NCBI RefSeq assembly: GCF_004010195.1
Contig: NC_057753.1
Span: forward strand, 3,096,648-3,160,647
Direction: 5' to 3'
Length of the DNA: 64,000 bases
Source of the DNA: Chiloscyllium plagiosum
Taxonomy: Eukaryota
The position numbers and the translations under genes were made by a program. Shown here in pieces: positions 36,413 through 46,599 of the stretch. Position 1 is the first letter of the stretch. Every line of letters begins with the position of its first letter. The notes under the pieces were generated by a model. It searched no databases. It had not been told where the DNA came from and was given only the letters and a program-made list of their open reading frames with translations.

Positions 36413-36891
36413 CAGAAAAGATTTACAAGGATGTTGCCAGGGTTGGAGGATTTGAGCTCTTGGGAGAGGTTGAATAGGGTAGGGCCGTTTTCCCTGGAGG
36501 GTCGGAGGCTGAGGGGTGACTTTATAGAGGTTCATAAAATCATGAGGGACATGAATAGGATAAATAGAGAAAGTATTTTCCCTGGGGTGTGGGAGTCCAG
36601 AATTAGAGGGCATAGGTTTAGGGTGAGAGGGGAAAGATATAAAAGAGACCTAAGGGGCAGCTTTTTCACTCAGAAGGTGGTGCAAGTACGGAATGAGTTG
36701 CCAGAGGAAGTGGTGGAGGCTGGTACAATTGCAACATTTAAAAGGCATCTGGATAGGTATGTGAATAGGAAGGGTTTGGAGGGATATGGGCCAGGTGCTG
36801 GCAGGTGGGACTAGATAGGGTTGGGATATCTGGTCGGCATGGACGAGTTGGCCTGAAGGGTCTGTTTCTGTGCTGTACATCTCTATGACTC
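36413..36891 (+). mobile_element. CR1/HER1 3' end
   Basis: LPGLEDLS..ERLNR.G.FSLE.RRLRGD, RGHRFRVRGERYKRDLRG; catctctatgactc tail. Confidence 0.9.
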
Positions 36892-37427
36892 AATGGAATA
36901 TGAAAAACTATGGAGAAGACCAGAGATAGCTGTAGGCTATGCCTTCAGTGCTGAGAACAACCACATTGGATATCAAAGCCTGAGAGAGCATAATTTGAGG
37001 ACCTCAATTCTTTCTGTTGCACAACTTGTCTTTTCAACAAAGGTAACATTAGCCTGGACAATGTGGAATCTGTATGGGTGGAGCCGCAGAACACAAAAAT
37101 CAATGGGAGTTCTGTACAGACCACTAACCAGTAGTTGTGAGGCTGGGGATGGTATCAAATGAGAAATTAGAGATGTGTGCAGTAAAAGTACAGTAGTTAT
37201 TATGGGTGACTCCAATTTGCATAGTGATTGGACTAACCAAACTTGTGGCAACATGATGGAGCAGGATTTCATGGAATGAATAAGGAATGCTTTCCTCAAT
37301 CAACATGTCGAGGAACCAACCAGAGAGCAGCCCAGCCTAAACTGGGGACTGTGAAATGAGAGAGGATTCATTAGCAACCTTCTGGTGTGAAATCCTTTCA
37401 TGAAAAGTGACCATAATATGGTAGAGT

Positions 37428-37735
37428 TAGATTAGATCACCTACAAGTGTGGAAACAGGCCCTTTGGCCCAAAAAGTCCACACCAACCCTCCAAAGAGCA
37501 ACCTACCCAGACCCATTTCCCTCTGACTAATGCACCTAACACTATGGGGCAATCCAGCCTGGCCAACTCACCTGACCTGCACATCTTTGGACCATGGGAA
37601 GAAACCAGAGCACCCCTACACAGACGTGCAGAGAATGTGCAAACTCTACACAGACAGTCACCAGAGGCTGGAATTGAACCTTGGACCCTGGTGCTGTAAG
37701 GCAGCAGTGCTAACCATTGAGCCACGATGCTGCCC
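37428..37735 (-). mobile_element. HE1-type SINE
   Basis: Head / V / tail. Confidence 0.88.
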
Positions 37736-38297
37736 CATTCATTAAGATGGTGAGTGACACAGTTAAATCTGAGACTGGGCTCCTGAACTTAAAGAAAGCT
37801 AACTTTGATGGTATGATGCATGCACTGGCCAGGATAAGTTGACCAAGGATACTTAAGGGATTAACGGCAGGTAGACATTCAAAGAGCACATGGATGAATT
37901 TCAACATCCATGTCAGGTGCAAGAGTAAAACAGGGAAGGTGGCTCAACCATAGCTAACATGGGAAATCAGGGATATTGTTAAAACCAAAGGGGAGACATT
38001 TAAATTGTCGAGAAAAAGCAGCAAACTTAAGGACTGGGAAAAATTTAAATTCGGTAGAGCCGGACGAAGGGTTTAATTTGGAAGGGGAAAATAGAATATG
38101 AGGGTACGTTCGCGTAAAACATAAAAAAAACTGACTGTAAAAGCTTCTTTTGGTAGGAGAACTGAAAAAGACTGGTGAGGGCAAATGTAGGTCCCTCAGA
38201 GAGGCAATCGGGTGAGTTCATAATGAACAACAAAGAGACAAACAAATACTTCGGATATGTCTTCATGAAGGAGGACACAAAAAAAATTCCCAGAAGA

Positions 38298-38575
38298 ATG
38301 GTACGATGGCTCAGTGGTTAGCACTGCTGCCTCACAGTGCCAGGGACCCAGGTTCGATTCTAGCCTCACGTGACTGTCTGTGTGGAGTTTGCCCAATGTC
38401 TGTATGGGTTTCCTCCCACAGTCACAAAGATGTGCAGGTTAGGGTGAATTGGCTATGCTACATTGCCCACAGTGTTAGGAGTATTAGAGGGGAAATGGGT
38501 CTGGATGAGTTACTCTTTGGAGGGTCGATGTGGACTTGTTGGGCCTGTTTCCATACTGTAGGGAATCTAATCTAA
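38298..38575 (+). mobile_element. HE1-type SINE
   Basis: Head / V / tail. Confidence 0.88.
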
Positions 38576-41500
38576 TTAAATGTTCGGGACAGAGGGTCAA
38601 GCACAAAGAATGAACTGAAAGAAATCCTTATTCGTCAGGAAATAGTACTGGGGAAGCTGATGGGGTTAAAACCTGATAAGTCCCCAGGGACTGATGCTCT
38701 GCATCCGAGCGGCTGGAAGCAAGGACAACACAGACCAGCGGGGGTATGCCAGTGACCAGAGTGGGGATGCAAGCAACTAGCGATTGGAGCAGGGGGTAAC
38801 AGCCTGGTGCAGGTGCATGTCGGCAGCAGATTAGCGTGGAACTTGGAGGTTCCCTGCACTGGTCTGCTGTGGACAGCTTTTGGAGACAGACTGTATTTGT
38901 TTGTCCGTTTGACTTTGTTTCATGTTTCTTCTGACCTATATTCATACTATGTATAGCTGCAACGTAACATGTTATCTCCATTTCTCTATTCTGTGAGAAT
39001 TGTACCTATCGCGCAATAAACTTTTCACTGTACTAGTTTGAGTACGTGACAATAAAGCTAATGCAATTCGATTTAATTAGGAAAGTAGTCCTAGGTAGTG
39101 GTCGCATCGGTGATCATTTTCCAGCACCCTAGAGACTCTGGTAAAGTTCAAATGGAGGGTAGCTAATGTAATCCCACTTTTTAGAAAACAAGGGATTATC
39201 GGCCTGATAACCTGACATTGGTTGTGGGGAAAATGATGGGAGTCGGTTATTAAGTATGTAATAACAGAGCTTTGGAAAGCAGTTACAGAAATGTCAGATT
39301 CAGCATAGATGCACAAAAAGGAAACCGTGCTTGACAAATCGTCTGGAGTTTTTTGGGGATGTGACCAGTAGAGTCACAGAAGGAGGAGAATGAATTGATA
39401 GATGTTGCATATCTGAATTTTCAAATGGCTCAAGACTCCACACGAGCCTGCAGAGCAAAATTAAAGCTCATGGTATCGGAGGGCATGTGGATAGAGAACT
39501 GGATGGCAGACAGGAAGCAGATGGCATAAATGGGTCCTTTTCAGAGTGGCAGAGAGTGACAAGTGAGGTACTTCAGAGTTCAGTGCTGGGAGCCCAGCTG
39601 TTCAGAATGTACATTAACAGTGTGGACAAAGGTATTGAATGCAAAATCTCCAAACTTGCAGATGACACTCGGCTGGGTGGTAGTGTGCGCTGTAGGGAGA
39701 ATACTAAGACTGCAGGATGACTTGGATAGGTTGGATGAGTCAGCAAATACTTGGCAAATGGAATATAATGTGAATAGATGTGAGATTATCCCACTTTGGT
39801 GGCAAAAACAGGAAGGGAGATTATTATTCGAACACTGGCAGTTTAGGAAAAGGTGAGGTGCAACGAGACCTGGGTGTCATGGTGGAAGGTTGGCACGCAG
39901 GTTCAACAGGCAGTGAGGAACGCTAATGGCATGCAGGCCTTCGCAGTGAGAGGATTGGAATATAAGAGTAGAGATGTCTTGCTGTCGTCATACAGGGTCT
40001 TGACTATTGTGCACCGTTTTGGTCTCCTAGATGGAGGAAGAACATTCTTGCTATTGAGGGAGTCCAGACTGATTCCCAGGATGGCAGGTCTGACCTATGA
40101 AGAAACGCTGATCAACTGGGCTCGTGCTCACTGGAACTTAGATGAATGGGGGGGGGGGGGGGATCTCATAGAAACGTATAAAACTCTGATTGGACTGGAC
40201 AGGCTAGATGCAGGAAGAATGTTCCCGCTGTTGGGCAAGTCCAGAACTAGGAGGTCACAGTCTACTAATCAGGAGTAAACCACTCTCAACAGAGATGAGG
40301 AAGAATTGCTTCAGTCAGAGTTGTGAACCTGTGGAATTCTCGACCACAGAAAGCTATTGGGACCAGTTTGTTAGATATAATCAAGAGGGAACTGGACATG
40401 GTCCTTGCAGCTAAAGGAATCAAAGGGCTTGGAGAGAAGGCAGGAGTGGGATACTGATCTCGCACGATCAACCATGATCTTATTGAATGGTGATGCAGAC
40501 TGAAAGGGTTGGATGGCCTACTCCGGCACCTATTTTCTATGTAATTGTTATTGATTCATTTTTGTTCATGCAGAAACCATAATCAATGGAAAATTATGGC
40601 GGCAGCAAACAAGCCCCTACTTTCTTTTCGGAGGCAAGCACGGGTCCGAACAATCGGAATTAGCGGCTGCTACACTGACAGGGGCGACATTGGCGAGGCA
40701 GGCCCAATTGGCACCTCGAGTATCGGCAATATCGTCCTGAGCTGGGCTTGGCACAAGGACATGACGAAACACGAAGAGCGCGCGAGAGAGAGAGCATGAG
40801 AGCACGAACAATTAACAAGATCAGCGAACATTGGAAATTGGATGGTCAGCGATTTTGTAGGGTTAGGAGGGTCAGACGCCAGTCTGATGGAAAAGAACAC
40901 TGAAAGGGCATGAAGGGAGAGAGCAGAGAAATTGGAGAATGATACAGGTTGAAAGTTCAACGAAAAACTTTAGAGGCAGTTTCGTCTGCTGAGCTCTGGA
41001 GGATAGGGGAGAGGCAACTAATCAGATGGTCACAATCTTCCTGACAAAGTCCATTAACTCCTCACTTGTGCTTGGTCCTGAGGATGGACGAGTAGGGGAA
41101 AGCCCTTCAACAAGGAGCTGGAGTGGACTATTTAGCCCCTGACCCTGCTCCAGCATTCAACACATCACAACCGATCGTTTCTCTCCTGCAGTATTCCCAT
41201 TCCCCATTAATGCCATTCATCTCCAAGAATACAGGCATTTGATTTGTGATTTGAATATCGTCAACGTTTGAGCCTCCGCAGTCCTCTGGGTAGAGGATTC
41301 CAAAAGACTCAGCACCCTCGGATTAAAACTTTACCCTCGCCACTACTCTTAAATGGCCTCTCCCTCACTCTGAGACTCATGTCTCCTGGTTCAAGACTCA
41401 ACAGCCGAGGGAGAAGTCCTAACTACATCCACCCTGTAAGAATCTTGTTTCAATGAGATTGCCCCCATTCTCCAAAGGTTATGATCACAACTGACGGGAA

Positions 41501-42200
41501 AACAAATTCGATCTCAGAGTGACACCCTGGCTTGATAGATCATACATTTTATTTTTGCAGTTTAGTTAGGATGGTGGTCGAACACTGAATATATTCACAC
41601 GACACTGCCAATGTTCTTTCAACTAAACAACACAAGTTTATTACACAAAAGAAAAAAGGCTCTGGACTTATATGACAATATTGAAATACCAGAACATAAA
41701 CAGCAACTTAAACCATTTTCCCAACAACATTCTTTACAAGTATCACTCCTATCCTTTTACTTAATCATTCATGGGTGAAGGGATGCACTTGGGCAGAACA
41801 AACAAGGGAATAAATGTTAAATGGTGGGATCCTGAGAAGCACCAAAAATCAGAGAAAAACCTTAGTGTGCATGTCCATTTGTCTCTTGAGGTCACAGAAT
41901 GGGTAGGTATAAGTTTTTGGAAAGGCATATAGGATACTTGCCTTTAGTAGCATATTGCCTTTATTAAAAGCAGGTAGGTTATGCTGGAACTGTATAAAAC
42001 AATTACCTTGCTACTGAGCGATCATAATTTTTAGTCAAGTTTAAACATGATATACTTAATTCTAGAATCTCAAATCTAAACAGTGGAAACTTAGAGAACA
42101 CAGACATCAATAGGCCTCTCCCCATTGTGAACTCACTGATGTACAGAGCTGAGATGGCCGCCTGAAGTCAGACTCGCAGTGAAAGCACCTGAGTAGCATC

Positions 42201-43619
42201 TCATTGGTGTGTACATTGTTGATGGAGCATTAATTCCTCCGAACTTTTAAAGCACTTCCTGCATTCTGGGCATTTAAAAGGTCGCTCAGAGTGAACACGT
42301 TGATGGCGCATCAGATCCCAGGATCTCTTGTAGCACTTTCCACAATCTGTGCAATTAAAAGGTCTCTCCTCAGTGTGAACGCGCTGGTGCGTCATCAAGT
42401 GAATTTTCTGAGTGAATCCCTTCCCACATTCAGAGCAGGTGAACGGTCTCTCTCCAGTGTGAGTGCGCTCGTGCGCAGCGAGATGAGATGACCATCTGAA
42501 CCCAGTCCCACAGTGAGAGCACCTGAATGGTCGATTATCTGTATGAATACGTTGATGTAACTTCAGTTCCCTGGAACTTTTATAATACTTGCCACAATCT
42601 GGACATTTGAAAGGTCTCTCCTCAGTGTGATCGCGCTGGTGTGCCTTGAGTTGGGATGACTCAATGAATTCCTTCCCACACACCTTGCAGGTGAATGGCC
42701 TCGGCCCAGAATGAACTCGCTGGTGTGTCAACAGGGTGGAGAACCGAACGAATACCTGCCCGCATTCAGAGCAGATAAACGACCTCTCCCCAGTGTGAAG
42801 ACGCTGGTGTATCGTAAGTTGCGATGATCTCTTGAATCCAGTTCCACAATGAGAGCACATGAATGGTCTCTCGTCAGTGTGGACACGTTGATGCACCATC
42901 AGTTCCCTGGAACTTTTAAAGCTCTTCCCGCACTCTGAACATTTAAAAGGTCTCTCATCATTGTGAACACGTTGATGAGACTGCAGATGGCTTGAAGTTT
43001 TGAAGCACTTCCTGCAGTTCGGGCATTTATAAGGTCTCTCCTCAATGAGAACCTGCTGGGGTTCCTTGACATGATCTGACTGAGTGAGTTCACTCCCACA
43101 TTCGGGAGTGGCTGGCCTTTCCTCGCTGTGAATGCGCTCATGTACAGTGAGTTGAGATGACCGCTTGAAGCCAGCCCCACAGTGAGAACAGCTGAACCGC
43201 CTCTCCTCAGTATGAACACATTGATGGGACGTCAGATCATTGCAACTTTTAAAGCACTTCCCACAGTCTGTACAATTAAAAGGCCTCTCCTCAGTGTGAA
43301 CTCGCTGGTGTGTGAGCAGGGTAGATAGCTTAGTGAATCCTTTCTCACACTTGAAACAGATGAACGGCCTCTCTCCTGTGTGACTACGTTGGTGAATTTT
43401 CAGCGCACCGCAGTGACTGAATCCTTTCTCACAGTCCGTGGATTTCCCCAGTTTCTCCCCAGTGGCACTGCATTTGTGGTTCTTAAGGCCGGTCGATTGG
43501 TTGAAGCCTTTTCTACATATAGAGCACGTGAACCTCTTCTCCCCACTGTGAATAGTACTTTTTTCTTCCATGTTTAAAATTTGCTGAGATTCAGGTTCTG
43601 ATAACTTGGGTGACTCCAT
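42201..43619 (-). CDS. C2H2 zinc-finger protein, 472 aa, 13 canonical and ~3 degenerate fingers
   Basis: Intact ORF; acceptor (rc) gaatttaacAG at 43681-43682; candidate donor (rc) GTAAGT at 44966-44971 links it to the CpG island at 45 kb. Confidence 0.93.
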   Translation of the reverse strand: MESPKLSEPESQQILNMEEKSTIHSGEKRFTCSICRKGFNQSTGLKNHKCSATGEKLGKSTDCEKGFSHCGALKIHQRSHTGERPFICFKCEKGFTKLSTLLTHQRVHTEERPFNCTDCGKCFKSCNDLTSHQCVHTEERRFSCSHCGAGFKRSSQLTVHERIHSEERPATPECGSELTQSDHVKEPQQVLIEERPYKCPNCRKCFKTSSHLQSHQRVHNDERPFKCSECGKSFKSSRELMVHQRVHTDERPFMCSHCGTGFKRSSQLTIHQRLHTGERSFICSECGQVFVRFSTLLTHQRVHSGPRPFTCKVCGKEFIESSQLKAHQRDHTEERPFKCPDCGKYYKSSRELKLHQRIHTDNRPFRCSHCGTGFRWSSHLAAHERTHTGERPFTCSECGKGFTQKIHLMTHQRVHTEERPFNCTDCGKCYKRSWDLMRHQRVHSERPFKCPECRKCFKSSEELMLHQQCTHQ

Positions 43620-44099
43620 CGGATCACGATGCGATGTTTGGTTTCAATTTCCAGACTGCAAATTCTTCTCTTCTCATAGCCTGTTAAATTCATTTAAAAT
43701 AGAAAAGAATGAGAGAGAAAACCACAAAAACAGGTTGTAAAATTGTACTGAGTGATTCTGGCAGGTTTTAGGGTCAGCATTTGGGAAAAACGAGCACAAC
43801 AGCTACTAGACTGTCAGAGAAGCTCAACCAGGGTTAAATCGATATCTATCTGGAAAGGGAAACCTGCTACCTGGTCTGGGCCTACTCAAGACTGTGGGAC
43901 CTGTATACAGCAGAGAGAAAAGAGAAACAGCTGCAAACAGAGAGAGGGAGAGAGAAACACGGGAGGAAGGAGGAGGGGGCAAAGGATAAGGATTTTACAT
44001 ACAGTATCTGTAACTTGTCCAGAAATTTGACAGGGTCTCCCAAACACTCAATCTCCAAAGGAATTGGCCTTGCAGATCTAAGTGAAATCTATGCAGATC

Positions 44100-44460
44100 A
44101 CTCCACGATTATCCTGACCCCCTCTGACATCCAGTAACGGAGCAAATGACTTTCTTCAACTAAATACTGTATTCGGAGAATGAAAGTCACAGTCTTCGGT
44201 CCGTTTGGAGCTCGATTCCCCAGCAGCCAATTCAATCTCTCCCCCGGCAACTGCAAGATGCTGAAACAGACTGTTTGAAATGGTACCCCTGGCCTGCAGC
44301 ATCCGCACCGAAAGCACCCAGATGTTCAGAATCTCGGTGCCACATTTCACCCCAAACCGAGATCCAACCGCACATCTGTACCACCTGGGTAACTCCACCG
44401 GTCTCAGCTTCTGAAACTGTCGCCATTCCATTCTTGACCCTAGACCTGTCGATCCCAACG
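44100..44460 (+). mobile_element. Old L2-clade LINE RT C-terminal fragment
   Basis: Decayed VTVFGP, HF..N..IQPHI and SASET motifs typical of the L2 C-terminus. Confidence 0.5.
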
Positions 44461-44489
44461 CCTCCCACATTCAGCCTCCCTGCAATTGA

Positions 44490-44920
44490 TTCTGGATTAG
44501 TGGTGCTGGAAGAGCACAACAGTTCAGGCAGCATCCAAGGAGCAGCAAAATCGACGTTTCTGCCTGAACTGCTGTGCTCTTCCAGCACCACTGATCCAGA
44601 ATCTGGTTTCCAGCATCTGCAGTCATTGTTTTTAACCCTACTGCGAATCCTCTGGCAAGGATGTCTGCCTTGAAGAAGTTTTCCTCCTCTCTCTACAAGA
44701 ATCTCAGGGACTCCCTCTCCCAGTGCAATTCTATGCTACTTTCTCCCTACCCCCACCAGCTTATCTCTCCACCCTTCAGGCTCTCTGCCTTTATTCCTGA
44801 TGAAGGGCTTTTGCCCGAAACGTCGATTTCGCTGCTCCTTGGATGCTGCCTGAACTGTTGTGCTCTTCCAGCATCACTAATCCAGAATCTGGTTTCCAGC
44901 ATCTGCAGTCAATGTTTTTA
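44490..44920 (+). mobile_element. Penelope-like pseudo-LTR insertion: inverted arm, tail copy, pLTR, hammerhead, tail copy
   Basis: Tail repeated at 44561-44637 and ~44847-44920; inverted arm 44490-44560; TSD cctccctg(c/t)aattga at 44475-44489 and 44921-44935. Confidence 0.85.
44797..44824 (+). ncRNA. Minimal hammerhead motif (family B variant)
   Basis: CTGATGA-A-GGGC tttt GCCC-GAAA-CG-TC. Confidence 0.8.
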
Positions 44921-44994
44921 CCTCCCTGTAATTGAGATCACCCACCCACTGCTGCCAGTCTGCTCACTTACACCGACTCTTGCTGAGTCATCCC

Positions 44995-45490
44995 GTGACA
45001 TCACAACATTCCCACACAGGGTGGCCGCGCATGCTCACAACATTCGCCCCACAGGGTGGCCGCGCATGCTCACAACATTCCCAAACAGGATGACCGCGCA
45101 TGCGCGCAGCTTAGCCACGCTCCCCGCCCGAGCCCTAAGCCCCGCCCCTTCCCTGTTGGCTCGGCCACAATGGCGGACGAGGACCGCTGCCTCTTCCCCG
45201 GGAGCAAGCTCCGGAACAGCCAACGCGGGGCCCGCAGCTTCTTATTTGGGGGACTGCGGGCTACACGAGGCGCTTATGTAGCCGCCCCGCTCCTCTCTCC
45301 TCACCAAACCACCGTCTCCCGGCTCCACGCCTCCCCTTTCTCCCGCCGACCGCGGCCGCTGGTAGCAGCAGCTCCGAGGGTCCCACAGCTCTGATCGAAG
45401 TAACATTGCGCATGCCCCAGATACAATCGACACTGCGCCTGCGTGCCAGCCTCTCGTTGAGTGGACGCGGTCTGTTCAAGCCCGCAAGGC
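44995..45490. promoter_or_regulatory. CpG island, probable bidirectional promoter (472-aa ZNF and the ZNF pseudogene)
   Basis: NRF1-like gcgcatgc x4 and tgcgcctgcg; GC boxes near 45122 and 45140; YY1-like caatggcgg near 45168. Confidence 0.8.
45001..45103. repeat. 3 x 34-35-bp tandem repeat
   Basis: tcacaacattc...acagg(g/a)tg(g/a)ccgcgcatgc at 45001, 45035 and 45070. Confidence 0.9.
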
Positions 45491-45506
45491 ATCTTGGGTA
45501 ATAGGA

Positions 45507-45824
45507 CAAAGTTTAAAGATCACACAACAGCAGATTACAGTCCAACAGGTTCATTGGAAGCACTAGCTTTAAAAGTGCTGCTCCTTCAGCAGGTGGTTGT
45601 GGACAATACCGACACAGAATTTGTAGCCACAATTATGGTCTTATTCTCCACAACCAACTGTATCACATCTCCCTGACACTGGTCTCCTTTGGCTATGAAT
45701 TCTGTCAGCATAACCTTCACAACCACCTGAAGGAGGAGAGGCGAAAGCTAGTGCTTCCAAATCAGCCTGTTGGATTATAACCTGGTGGTGTGATTTTTAA
45801 GTTTGTCCACCCCAGTCCCTCCAA
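45507..45824. mobile_element. Palindromic Penelope-like terminus element (family A, decayed hammerheads)
   Basis: ~150-bp inverted arms; TSD atcttgggtaatagga 45491-45506 / atcttggtaacagga 45825-45839. Confidence 0.8.
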
Positions 45825-46259
45825 ATCTTGGTAACAGGATTGTCATGAGCATTCAGTTAAAGGGTCTTAAAACTAATCATCTTATAAATTTGTTAGAATA
45901 TTTAAGTTAACATTATCTGCTTCTCCACTATTTCTTAAAGCCTCCCATCAATTTCTCATTGAGATTTAATGCTCTACTATCTTGTGAGAAGAGTTCGAGT
46001 TTGTGGAACTTTGCAGTTTCCCTTTCTGACTGGTCCTGAAGGGTTTGCTCTCAGTCCTGCAGCACCACCCCTCCCTCCCCCACCACAACTTGATTGGTTG
46101 GAGGGCCAGTCCTCCCGTTCTACCTCCTCTTCGTATTGGGTGATTGATGACAGGTTTCAGCCAAATACTGAGTGAGCGTACACTAGACTGCAGCTGATCA
46201 CCAGCAGGTAGGCGACTGTGTTCTCCCGTGCCCAACATAAACACAGTTTCGGAATTGGC

Positions 46260-46370
46260 TTTTGCCCAAAACGTCCATTCTCCTGCTCCTCGGATGCTGC
46301 CTGACCTGCTATTCTTTCCCAGCGCCACACTCTCTACTCTAATCTCCAGCATCTGCAGTCCTCACTTTCG
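46260..46370 (+). mobile_element. Penelope-like terminus insertion (family B) truncated inside hammerhead stem II
   Basis: Perfect 18-bp TSD cacagtttcggaattggc at 46242-46259 and 46371-46388. Confidence 0.85.
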
Positions 46371-46599
46371 CACAGTTTCGGAATTGGCCACAGCCTGTGA
46401 CCATGGAGGGAAGGATTGTGCCCAAAGATGGATTTGCAGACTTCAGACACATACCCTATAGACCATAAATCCTGTGCCGGGTAGCAGCGGTTTAAAGGGC
46501 TCAAGCCAACAAATGGAGGGGCAAATGTTGATTCAAACTGGGATCGTCCGCTCTGAATCTATCCATCACTGACAGGGTGATCCCTTCTGCAAACTCTCT

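Larger units (their letters stand above)
37060..40545 (+). mobile_element. Old CR1 LINE ORF2 (endonuclease to 3' tail), decayed and interrupted
   Basis: GVLYRP, MGDSN, SDHNMVE, DKSPGTDALHP, QSSVLGAQLF, KLADDTRLGG, gatggcctactcc tail; interrupted by HE1 SINEs and another LINE tail (38710-39075). Confidence 0.8.
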
